From: Lepidodermella squamata
Taxonomy: Eukaryota > Animalia > Gastrotricha
Direction: 5' to 3'
Length of the DNA stretch: 64,000 bases
Assembly (NCBI GenBank): GCA_047495785.1
Contig: JBLDXI010000004.1
Span: forward strand, 2,294,001 to 2,358,000
The position numbers and the translations under genes were made by a program. Every line of letters begins with the position of its first letter. Positions within the stretch are counted from its first letter, which is position 1. The notes under the pieces are model-generated. The model saw only the letters and a list, made by a program, of their open reading frames with translations, was not told the origin of the DNA and made no database searches. Positions 48,101 through 58,700 of this stretch are shown in pieces.

Positions 48101-51100
48101 GATCTTTTAACTTGTTTTAACTCAACTTGAGATATCTGGATCCGAAACGGATCTTTCAAAACCACGACAACGCGCCGCTAGGTTTCCAGGAACGCAAAAT
48201 TTTCACACTCAATTTTTTTAATTTATCAAATAATGATTTTTTGTTTAATTAAAAAATTACATTAATTTAATTAAAAGTACTAATTTATTTAGCGGGGTCC
48301 ACAAATCGATGACTGCTAACGAGGGTGGGCAGATAGCGGGGTTGCAGATAACGGGGGAGCACTGTACCACGATTATCCGTCGTCGATGTATCGTTTTGGG
48401 AAATTATAATTATTTTTTGAATTACTAATTTGCTTAAAAAGTGGATTTTTAGAGCTATCTTTCTCCGGGGTAACCCAATTGCCAATTGGGGCGGATTGCT
48501 CATAACGGTACGACATATATAAGCGCGATTTGTCCTACTTCTAATATAGCCCATAATTCACATGCCTAACAGCTGAACTTAACTTGAAATGACTCGCGGC
48601 TTTGATATAAGGAATGCTGAAAATCACAAATTATCTTGGGCAAATTGTCCTAATTTCCATTCCAACACCTCAATGCAATTTCTCATTATAAATGTGACTG
48701 CCTTATTACACTCAAAACTTCAATCTTTACTGTTTTCTGAGCTAAAACTAAGGTAAAACCAGTGGGTGTAAATGGCAAGTTAACGCGACCCAGCAGGTGG
48801 GTGCAAATAGCAAGGATTAGACACCCACTGGGTGTAAATAGTCACTTATTGACACCCACCATGGGGGGTGTTGTTAGCCACGACCAGTAAATAAATAAAT
48901 AAATTTACCGGGTCTGACGATTTGATTTGATTGATTTACCATGGAGTTTTGGGGATTTGATTTAAAATGATTGATTTAAAAGGACCTATGATTTACTAAA
49001 GAAATCAAATCATATCAAATCAAAGTCGCTGTTATACAACTCCTCCTTAAACTTAAATATTGCAGAAAACTTGATTAAATGTTTTATTGTTTTTCGCCAT
49101 GCATGTTTACAGGTAAATTTCTCGTTTTTAACATGAATTTTACGGGTGTGACTTTTTTCATCCGACCAATGTCTTATTTCATCCGACAACCACAAATGTG
49201 ACTAATATCATCCGACATGAAAATATCGATTTTCTCGAATTTCTCGAGTTTGATTTTTCCGTAGGGAGAAATTTGATAGCACTCACGCCGTTACTAGTAC
49301 TACCCGAAACTACGGCACTGCTACCGCTACGGCGAGCCAATTCGGCGCCGTAGCATTTTTTAAATTCGCCCAGACTTGAAATTTGCGAAATCTAACAAAC
49401 AACATAGCATAAATCAAGGACTCGCATTGGCCAATTACCTAAATATGAGCGGGACTTGAAGGGTCACGTGAAAGGTGATGAAAAACCAGGTAACTGCACA
49501 GATAGCAGTTTTCTTGTAGATCAAGTGTTAAAGGTTTCACAACACGAAATAATGTAGTACTCCCTGTTCCCTGGGTTCCCTGGGATCACAGCTGTTAGTT
49601 GAATACGCCGGAACCCGCACGCCTTTCACCACCTGGTCACCCTGGGTTCCCAAAGTTCCCCATAACATAGCATTCGGGCTGATTTTAGAGTTTAGTTTCC
49701 AGCCTGATTTGACGGGTTCCGCAGACTCAATTTCCCGAATCACGTTGTCAATGATTTTCTATAAGACTTTTTCTGGACTTTTTGGATACATGCTGAATTT
49801 TCGAAATTTGTCTAGCCTCACTGTGTTTTTCAGTTTTTGACTTGTTTTCAGGTAGCCTACCTCTTATGCAGACATATCCTACGGAATTTCGTGAAAATCC
49901 AATGCTTGTTTCGATGTTTTGAAAAAATGTCAAGCTCGCCGTAGCACTTTTTAGTGCTATGCCGAACCGTGATAGCACTACAATAGCACTCGCCGTAGCG
50001 CTACCGTATTTGTGTTATTTTTGTGCTACCATTTTCGTATGATGGCATAACCCTTTTATGCGCCCTTTTTTGGCCCCTGAACCGGCTGAATTTTACGGTG
50101 AACGATTTATGGCAATCCGAGTTGTCTATTTTTGACTGTAATTTTTTGAAAATATGAAAAAAACAAGTCGGCTGGTTTTAGTCACATTTTTGGTTGTCGG
50201 ATGAAATAAGACATTGGTCGGATAAAAGAAGACATTGGTCGGATGAAAAATGTTTTCCCCAATTTTACATCCAATAGCGGTGAATAATTATTTTTGAGAA
50301 TGGTATCATTCGAATGAGCGTTTCTTGCGTCATCAGGCTAAATTTTCAGTCATTTTTCATAACGAAATCTCGAAATTCTACGTTTTAAGGTGGATCAAAA
50401 AAGTTCTACCGCGCGACTTATAGGCAAACATTATGGCTACGACGATGGGCCCCGTCACGTTCGGTTCGTCTTGAAATTCTACATCGGTCTGTGCAAGGTG
50501 TATGTGCGCACAAAACTGCTGCTTGTGTTTGAAATTTGACAGAAATCGAATCTGAGTGAGTGTGCGAGCGCCGCGGCACGCTAAAAATAGGCTGAAAATG
50601 CGATTACCGCGCCTATCATTGTTCAACAACCATGGGGCTGTGATGACGAGGTTGGTCTCTAAAAATTCGGCGCAAGATTTGCTACAATCTAGGTGCATTC
50701 AAATACGAGCTCTACCAGGATGAGGTGTCAAAAAAATGACGCAACTCAAAAGAACTGACATTTTAATTTTCAGTAAAAATCAATCGCGCGCTAAACGCTC
50801 TAGTCAGAGCAAAATCTGGCGAATCTCGCGGCGGTTTTGATACCAAAAAATCGGCCGTGTTTTTTAGTATCTAAAAATCCGACTTTCCGAAAAATCACGA
50901 CAAAAATTCCGCACCTATCTAGGTGTCACCCGTGCCTTGCAAATTTCACCAAATTGGTTTTAAATTGAAATTTCAAAGAGTCGCACTGCAACGAGCCGGC
51001 TCTCGCGTGTGACGCAGTCTACCTCGGTCATGAGGGTGCCCGTAATTGTGACTTATTTTTCCATATTTTCATCATTAAAATTCGGTGAAGTTGAGTGAGA

Positions 51101-51890
51101 GGCGCTGGACCTCCGGTTCAGGCTGCGGCTCCGCCGCTAGGGGAATCCTATCGGGTTGGTTCGCGCAATCATTAGAATTGTGTGCGCCCTAATCACTAAT
51201 TTTGAAAAATTCCACTTCAGTTTTTTTTAACGAGATCCCCTTATTCAATCGACGGAGAATCGTTCAAATTTTATTTTGGTCTAAAAGCAGATTTTGACAA
51301 GAAGGCTGTTAGTTTGATGGTCTGAGTCGAGCGAAGCGAAAATTAACTAAACTTTAACAGATAGGAAACTAACGATGAATTCGCAAAGAGCGCGGCATGC
51401 GACCACTTTTTCATGCCACCCAACGACTATCCGCCCATTGTAATTTCAGATAATTTCGATCGTTAAACAAATTTCAGTTTCAAGTTACCATTATCTCATC
51501 CGTTTTCGCACAGCCAGGGCTGCCCGGTCGACAAGTCGCTGAGTTGGTAGTTAATCGGTAGCACAATCTTGCAGTCTATTTAGGATAAAACGCAATAAAT
51601 TCAAGCGCCAAGCTTGCTGAAGTAAACCAACTTACTGCTCTCAGGCACTTGGATTCGTCCGACAACTTTTCCCCGAGCTGGAGGAATAGCGAAATTTCAG
51701 GAATTACATGCGCAGATTGATGACATAAAATTGATACCTGGTATTCGCTTGATTTATAACAGCCGTTGGGTAACTCGCGGCAACTGGTGAACCTGTCATC
51801 GAATTGCGAAAAGCAACGGGCCCAGTCGCCACACACAACCGCGTCAATGCCGAGAAATAGGACGATTAAATTCGAATTTATTAGACGCAT
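39133..51890 (-). CDS. Secreted five four-Cys repeats + two CTLD protein (copy F, 13 exons, apparently intact)
   Basis: Approximate exons 51890-51738, 51678-51637, 51575-51489, 45768-45691, 45633-45550, 45499-45445, 45014-44857, 43477-43409, 43355-43133, 39887-39785, 39669-39599, 39535-39277, 39209-39133; each homologous to copy B with GT-AG ends; two TE-expanded introns. Confidence 0.82.
40115..41602 (+). CDS. Penelope-like retroelement RT + GIY-YIG endonuclease (5'-truncated)
   Basis: LYGLPKIHK..MRPILS, SYDVSSLFTNVP, QIDGVAMGSPLGPLLANVFM, RYVDD, and VVYHFKCDQCETDYVGMTSKHLHQRIEGH...E...I..LKPNLN. Confidence 0.95.
   Translation: MVQKGSRLPHLYGLPKIHKAKLAMRPILSAKYAYNYPLAKWLEEKLQPLAINDYSINNILNFASDVRKLEINAEDVLVSYDVSSLFTNVPVDETINILVDRAFQDNWFNQVHQLQLTREGLRELLQLAAKNQLFQFDGQLYEQIDGVAMGSPLGPLLANVFMSEIESKLANEEKLPSIYKRYVDDTFVVMPSVKAAEDLCETLNNCHPAIKFTMEMSNDKGLPFCGMLLTKSGNSIRTSCYTKPTDTGLLLHYDSHVDPRYKRSLIKTMLHRAYHLSSDWSLFDIEVKRLRTVFKNLNYPMEQFDLIVSRFTERAVNGEFNQPKTKDGDQPIRIAMPYIDEKASQVVKNQLRDLSNKIELPVEPIFLSKKVIDNFRPKEPKPQIVNQQRVVYHFKCDQCETDYVGMTSKHLHQRIEGHRYTDIGKHMEQHGVGKNELDKYFKVLAKGQTKWDCLILEMLYIRKLKPNLNKQNDSIKAKLFTEPIFHEKCKKKMNS
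41687..41725 (+). ncRNA. Minimal type I hammerhead ribozyme
   Basis: TCC-CTGAAGA-T-GATTTCT-gct-AGAAATC-GAAA-CG-TC-GGA: CUGANGA core, 7-bp stem II, GAAA, minimal palindromic stem III (ACGT), GUC site, stem I TCC/GGA. Confidence 0.85.
41903..42090. mobile_element. Palindromic TA-targeting MITE, same family as 53827-54015
   Basis: TCGTAAGCGTCGCTGAATAACTCGGATTTAGGC ... GCCTAAATCCGAGTTATTCAAAGACGCTAACGA, TA-flanked. Confidence 0.88.
42093..42524. mobile_element. TA-targeting MITE
   Basis: TGTCGTAGTTCATTAAGCAATCCCAT ... ATGGGATTGCTTAATGAACTGCGACA followed by (TA)n. Confidence 0.85.
43620..43908. mobile_element. Second copy of the 14966-15298 MITE, intronic
   Basis: Shared GTCGTGCGATCC...GGATCGCACGAC...TTGACCAAT.GCGTGCGCGCC...AGTGGTTCCACA. 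Confidence 0.75.
44110..44735. mobile_element. Element with mirrored ~21-bp-period CACTCA / TGAGTG arrays
   Basis: About 9 CACTCA-like motifs at 44138-44315 and about 6 inverted GAGTG motifs at 44575-44705. Confidence 0.6.
46895..47575 (+). repeat. Diverged direct repeat (~155 bp conserved core, ~525-bp spacing)
   Basis: AAAATCGG.CAGAAGCTCCCGCC.CCCCTCC.CGGGA.GTT...AGCCAGTTTCATGCTAG at ~46897-47047 and ~47422-47573. Confidence 0.7.
49144..50260. mobile_element. Non-autonomous TIR element with nested inverted repeats
   Basis: TTTTTCATCCGACCAATGTCTTATTTCATCCGACAACC...GTGACTAA mirrored at ~50178-50250; inner GCTACGGCGAGC/GCTCGCCGTAGC repeats. Confidence 0.7.
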
Positions 51891-52352
51891 AATTTGTTCT
51901 TCGTAAAATTAAATTAAATAAAAAATATGAGGTTTTTTAATCCTGCCCTGGTTTGAGGCGGTTGCTTTTTTATTTACAACGCGTGGATATCGTGACAATA
52001 GCCGCCCGTCTTTCACGATCGAAAACGCCTGTTGTGTTCAGACGCGTTATGGCTCATCGTTATTGAAAATACAAAAACATGTTGTTGTGGCTATTTTGAT
52101 GAAATCACGTGGCTTTTACACCGGCTTTTTTCAAGCAATTTCAACGCGTTGACGTTTTAAACCTAAAGGGCGTGTCACAAACTCGCGTTTTCCACATGAA
52201 TGATACAAATGATTTTTTGCTGCCTCTCTCGAATCATGAACGGCGAACAAACACCGGTCACAAATTATTTTTCATAATTCATGATTCAACTAGCTTCTGC
52301 TAAATTGTTTTGCAAATGTGCGCGAAAGGCCAAAAATGGAATTCGGCACAGA

Positions 52353-52800
52353 ATTCCCTGGCGCTGGTGAAATTGCGGCTATGAGCCAGTTTTTCCGCGA
52401 TTTATCAAAGGAAATGCTGGCGATTCGAGACCCGGCTGAGGCGAAGCAACTCAACCTTAAAGTTTCGAGCAATTCCTCGAGAAGCATGGCCAAAAGTTGA
52501 AGACTCTTGTGAATTAACTGATGAATAACGTCAATTGGGTTGAAAAATGAAAATGAAAAATAAAATAATTCGAATAAATCCAACAATTAATTAATTTGAT
52601 TAAAACTATTCAAAAAGGTATTTTTTACCTGATAATGGCACCAATCCAAAAATTATTTTTTAATGAGAAAACTTGATTATAACAAATCAATGAGGATTTG
52701 TTCAACAATGAATATTTACAGGAAGTGTTTTCAAAATTCAAAATTTCCAGTATGATGCCTCGATTTTTCTAAGAGAAATTTCAACAATGTTGATGTTTAA
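52353..52800 (+). pseudogene. Duplicated 3' end and downstream flank of NmrA-like paralog 3
   Basis: FPGAGEIAAMSQFFRDLSKEMLAIRDPAE with a frameshift; flank parallels ~33000-33440. Confidence 0.85.
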
Positions 52801-53294
52801 GGTTAATTGGCATGCGTTTGGATTGGCAGGCGTTTAAAAGTATGAGTACGAGTATTAACAGAGAGGAAAATCGGAAGATCGAAGTAGGATCCTCGAGCTA
52901 GTGGTTACAATCGGACCTGAGGGTCGCCCCTGTGGCTTTTTCGGGTTTTCCGTCCTGGACCTCTCGAGCTGGGAGGGTTGCCTCCCGTACCCCCTTCTAC
53001 TGAGAACAAAGCTTTTATTATATGGTGCCTTTTAACAGCTTTTGCAACAGATCTATCATCTTGAACCTTGACCTATTTGTTTATGGAAATGATTAGTGCG
53101 GCGATATTTCATTGACAAAAAGGGAAAAGAACACGCGCCACAATAATCGGAAAATCGATAGTAAATAAAAATCATTGATTTTGTGAATTTATCAACGTAT
53201 CCAGCGAATAGCTGGGCCGAATGAATAACGTTATTTGTACTACGTTAAATTGACTCTCAGCAGATCGTGTGATTCAATTATGTATCTTTTGTAG

Positions 53295-54473
53295 ATGATT
53301 AATTCAAATCCGGCAATTATTTTAATGATTTTATGCAGCTTTACCCTCGGCTTTCTATTATCCGCTTTAATTTTCGACCGACAGCCAAGACAATTTACGG
53401 CTTTAGCTGGATATGAAAGTGGTCACAATGCAACGATATTGGCAGGCCCAGGTTTCGACGTGCTCGACGCCTTTTTGATAGCTGCGAAAAATTCCTCGAA
53501 AATTCCGAAAATTTTACATCAAACCTGGAAATGGAAGAAATTACCGCCGAAATATGAAAAATACCGGTCGAATTGGCTGAAAATGCACCCGCACTGGACG
53601 CATGTGCTGTGGACGGATAAAATGAACCGGAAACTGGTCGAGCGTGGCTATCCTTGGTATTTAGACTTCTACGACAATCTTTCAGTCGGAGTCATGCGGT
53701 CTGATGTTAGCCGTATTCTATACATGCATCGATACGACGGGTTATATGCAGATCTCGATACTGAACCACTACAACCTTTAGATCCTTTGATCGATCGAGC
53801 CGAGAAGCCTGTTCTGCTGGGTTATATCGCTAGCATCGTTGAATAGCTCGGATTTAGGCTTGTTTACATCCTTTTCAAGGTGTCGGGTGACAAGTAAAAA
53901 GTATTTTGCTGTTGCCTCCTCATTCACGTTAAAAACGCCGCTTTTTACTTGTCACCCGTCACCTTGAAAAGGATGTAAACAAGCCTAAATCCGAGCTATT
54001 CAGCGACGCCAACGATATGATGGACCAGTTTACAGGCAATGATAGCAAACACTTTTTGCCTCCATCGATCATGCTAGCCCAGCCCGGCCATATTTTGTTC
54101 TCGATTGCTTTAAGGCAATTCGTCAATCAGCGAAAACGTTTTACTCACCCAGGTAGAAGACCTGAATTTATAACTGGCCCAGTTGCGTTCTTCGACGCGA
54201 TAGAGACTTACATGGCTACTTATCAGCAAATGACTGGAGCAACAACCGATGCCTCGCCACGAAACGTGTCTAATGAAACTTACGACCTGAAAATATTTCC
54301 ATCGAAAGTTCTCCAGCCGTATTCTTGGCTGTTCAAGGCTGAACGAATCGGCAAGATTTGCGAGGGCAATTCGCCGCACTTCAATGAAGACTTGTGCAAA
54401 GCTCAGTTCGGCAACGACTCGTTTACGGTTCAATATTCCAGCCAATCGTGGGCAAAGGAATGGGCGAAATTTA
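53295..54473 (+). pseudogene. GT32 family (OCH1/SUR1-like, DXD motif) glycosyltransferase, intronless, interrupted by MITEs
   Basis: N-terminal TM; KIPKILHQTWK, WTD, RSDVSRILYMHRYDGLYADLD, MLAQPGH, PEFITGP; removing 53827-54017 joins both ORFs in frame (LLGYMMDQF). Confidence 0.88.
53827..54015. mobile_element. Palindromic MITE inside the GT32 CDS
   Basis: ~70-bp TIRs; TA (or ATAT) duplication at 53825-53826 and 54016-54017; homologue at 41903-42090. Confidence 0.92.
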
Positions 54474-54657
54474 GGAACCAGTGCTATTGTTCAAAGCCGC
54501 ACACGGGCCGCCGGGCTCGGGCTGGGACTTGGTAAAACTGCCTGGTAGGGCGTTGGTTGTAGGATGACCCAAGCCCGGCTACCCAAGCCCGGCGGCCAGA
54601 TTCCAGAGGCCCGAGCCCGGCGGCCCGTGTGCGGCTTTGAACAATAGCACTGGTTCC
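54474..54657. mobile_element. GC-rich palindromic MITE at the GT32 3' end
   Basis: TA-GGAACCAGTGCTATTGTTCAAAGCCGCACACGGGCCGCCGGGCTCGGGC ... perfect inverse -TA. Confidence 0.9.
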
Positions 54658-55792
54658 TATTGTTCTCCGCCGTGCTCGGGCCAACACCTTGGCCGGCCCG
54701 TGTGCGGTGAAGCGTGATTCATTCGAATTTGTTAAATTTACAGTAAACGTCGCATACGGGCGCATTTCAGACCGGCCCGAGCGCGGAGTCGTAAAGTGCC
54801 GTTACCCGACCGCGTACAGGCTGACCCGAACGCGTTCGGGCCGAATTCGGGCTCGGGCCCAACAATATAACCGTATCCCAAGCTTAGTTCATTCTCTACT
54901 TTTACAACTTGAATTATCATGGCAAAACTCGTTTTGGCTATCGTCCTTCTGGTTACCGTTCTTCGTAAGGTAAGGTTCTGTTATATTGTAACTAAAACAT
55001 TTACAACAGGTCGCTGTTGCTGCGATGACGTTGGCAAGTAAGACATCACTGAATCAAGTCGTCGGCAGCAGGTTTGGCCAATGACAATTCACAAAAAGGG
55101 CTGAAGTTGCGTCATTAAAGGTGCAAGGCGGGAAGAAGGGCGAAGTGACCTTGACTATATCGGGGCCTTTACGCAAATTTAGAAGCCGTCGAACCGCCTC
55201 GTAAAGTACTAGATTTGAGAAGAGAACGGATAGCAGCGACACGCAACCTACTACATACTACATGGATTATAAAATACTTGAAGTGTGATGTATTTTGGCG
55301 AATAATTTCTAGCTGCGAGTATTGACACTAGCTGCTCCTCAAAATCAGCCTTAAAACGTTCAGGCATACTCTGGCTTACAACACCAGAAAAAGGATATTT
55401 CTCCAGGTCCATCCCTGAAAATTCCCCTAATTGTATGACGACAAAGCCTCTCAACTGGTTAGACGATTACCTAACATTCCTATTGATTATTAGCTGTTTT
55501 TCAAATTTTCCAATTTTGGGTGCTTCTCTCGCCTAAGAAGTTCGGGAGGCCCCAGCAGTTTGTCGTAATCCCTGGACATTTTCTCGGTGTTATTTTCTGT
55601 TTAATGTCGTTCCGCATGACTGCATTTGCGGTTAATAAAAATCAAACGGCATGACAAGCGGTAACATGCTCCATATAACTTTATTTGCCACGGATTTCAA
55701 CACTCAACACTCATCACAAAATAAACTGAAACTGCATCAACTGAAGGGGCCAGTTGCCCCTTCAAGTTCAACCTCAAGCTCAACGAAGCTCG

Positions 55793-58700
55793 TCATCCTT
55801 GAATACGCTCGCATATTCCAGTTTTCTCATTATCATAACAAGAATGTCGTCCAAGCGTATCAGCAAATGTAGTCACGCCTAAAAAAAAGTAAATCATTCA
55901 AAGGACCATGGTATATTACCTATCTATATTTAATATTGACTAACAGTGGTGATGATCGTTTGTCAATCCACCCAGACTGAACAGAGTGCTGTTGAACGGA
56001 ACGCCTGTAATCCAAGAATAAGACTCCAGGTCCCTTCTTTTGGCCCCAATGTACACTTGATCTCCTGCTAGTAACTGCTTAGCAGCGTCGAAAGTCGCTT
56101 GATCTTTGATTGCAGCCAACGTTTTTCCAATGCCCGCGCAGTACGTTGCCATTTCGTCCCTGGTGCCAGTCGTCGCAGTCTTCTGCAGGCTCGTCGAACT
56201 CTGTGAAATTTCAGCAAGTGTTAGTACGACTAGAGCTGTGCCGGTCCGAAAAAGCCCGGGGTTAACCGCCGGTTAACCTCGGACCGAAAGGACCGGGTCG
56301 GTCCGGGCCGCCTTGTAAAAAAGTTGCCGGTTAACCCGGTTAACCGGGCTGTAGCGTATAATTTCAAATTAGCCATGAAAAGTGGTCAAACGTACACTGT
56401 AAAAAATAGGGGGGTGATTACCCCGAATTTACTCCATTCAATTGTATGGCGCTTGGGGGGTAAAATGCACACGGGGTGCATTGAAATTACTCCTCAGAGT
56501 TTTTTTCGTAAGGATTATTTACCACAGAGAGGGTAATTATCTTCCAGCATGTCTTTCATTGCTGAGGGGTAATTACCCTGAAATTATTCCTAATTATTTC
56601 AATTAAATTGTTAGGAATTATTTTTGAATAAATATTCAAGCAATAAATTATTTTTAATTATTCAATTAAATAATCAATTATTCGAATTAATAAGGAGGGT
56701 CCCAAGGTATCAGGATGGCACCACATGCCACCAGGTTACCTTTGATAACACCGAACACCGTTGCACCTGAAACGCACCTAACTGATACCTGTAACCCGAC
56801 TTACGCGCGATTATAAACTTATAAAACTTTTAAATTTTCTTCTTTTCATTGGACAATGTTAATGAATGAGTTGAGCTAGTTTTTTGCAAACAAGCCTTTC
56901 TGTGCCGCAGCGAATGTGAGCGAGTCGAACAATTTGCATATGCACATGGCTGAGTTCAGCCATTATTTAGAATTCGGCTGATTTGAGTTATGAGATTGAA
57001 TGCATTTCGCAAAGCAAATCGATAAAGTTAATACTCCAACGTTGCACCACCGAATAGCGCTAGCTCAATTGGGAAGCCACTGCTGATTGAGTGGAGGTGA
57101 TATTTTAAAGGTGAAAAACTGACTTGAATATTGACTAGGTGGAGCTTCTTAATTGCTTTGATTAATTGCTTAGGCATTGCAGTTAATTTGAGTTGAACCA
57201 GTCATTTCATTTAGATTTATTTTATTAGGATTTAGCGAGGACCCTGTTACTAATTGAGAGCTATAATCTAGAATCCAATTGAAGAACGATTTTGGAGAGT
57301 TAGCGATGCCAGCCACGTTGCCGGCACTAAAATTAGCTGAAATTTTGCGCCATCCCATAGATCTTGACAATTAGCTGCGATCATTGGTTATTTGTGTTTA
57401 TGTTTAAAATCCAACCCTGAAATAACTCGGCTATGGTAAACCGTATATACCGTATTATCAGGGAGGGACTTCTAATTTATTCAGGGACCTTTTTTGCCTG
57501 GCTTAGGTGACTGCAAAATCGATATCAAAATCTCTGAAAGGATCTTACTGCGCATTATATCAGCGCTGCAAATACGAAGGTACACGGTAAATGTATACGG
57601 TAAAATTCAGACTCAGGATGTCATTGTGTTTTTGAACATCCTCGACCATGAGACATTTACCAGAGTTTATCCTCAACTTTTTTTACTTATGCTAACATGT
57701 TTTAGAGGTTTATAACACTAATATTTCATAATTAAAAATCAAATAAATAATTTATTTATTGAAATAAAATTAACAAATTTGCGCGAGGGTGATTGCCCTT
57801 AGATTGCCACCCAAGAAAAGAATTGCCACAGTTAATTACCACCCAAGTGTATTTACCCCACTTTTACCTTGGAGCGAATTACCACAAAGAGATAGGCGGG
57901 AGCATTTACTCCTCAAAAAATTGAAAAAGGGTAAATACCCAGGGTAATCAGCACCCTATTTTTTACAGTGTACTCAATATGGGATTGAGAAAACATCAAA
58001 CTAATGACTTATTCTCACAATTTATTGTGGCTTGAGGAAGAGAACTTAACAAAATATCAATCAAATGATTGCCGATAATCAATAATCGATAATCGATAGT
58101 TGCCATGAAAAATCTGACATCGCCAATGAATTCCTCGTCAAAAGTTACCCTAGTGTATGTTTCCTTTCGATTTCTATTCCTTTATCAGTGATTTTTAAAC
58201 ATAGAAAGTAGAGTTTTTAATTGAATTATTTCGGAAATTTAATTTCGGAAAACCGTTCTTTGATGAAAAAGATGAAAGAAATGCCGAAAAGCGGCTCCTT
58301 TTGCTCTAAAATCCCCCTTAGAAATCCCAGGGGGTAAATTTCATGCGCTGGTTCGAAATCCGTTTTCAGCATTTCAATAGCTCTTACCAATTTCAAGATA
58401 ATTACATGTAGGTAATAAATTTATTGCGTTATTGCAACAATCGAAATTTCATATTTTCTCTGTACTGTTACATACCGTTTTACTCAGAATTTTGCGTAGA
58501 ATCTAATGGTAAAATCAGATTCGAAACCAGAGATACCGACAGAGAGTTGTGTTCTCCGATATATAGCCTACTAAAGCAAGCGGTTAACCGGCGGTCCTTT
58601 CCGGTTAACCCGGTCCGATCCTTGAATTTACGAGGACCGAACCGAACCGGACCGGAGGCTCTGAAATTAGGACCGGCACAGCTCTAAGCACGACCAGGTG

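Noticed and set aside
53821-54003. MITE in the GT32 gene being spliced out as an intron
   Set aside because: The available GT (53821) and AG (54002-54003) give an out-of-frame product with a stop; later donors lie after the in-frame TAG at 53844.
57050-57110. tRNA gene (TAGCTCAATTGG A-box)
   Set aside because: No B-box or cloverleaf; lies inside a transposon.
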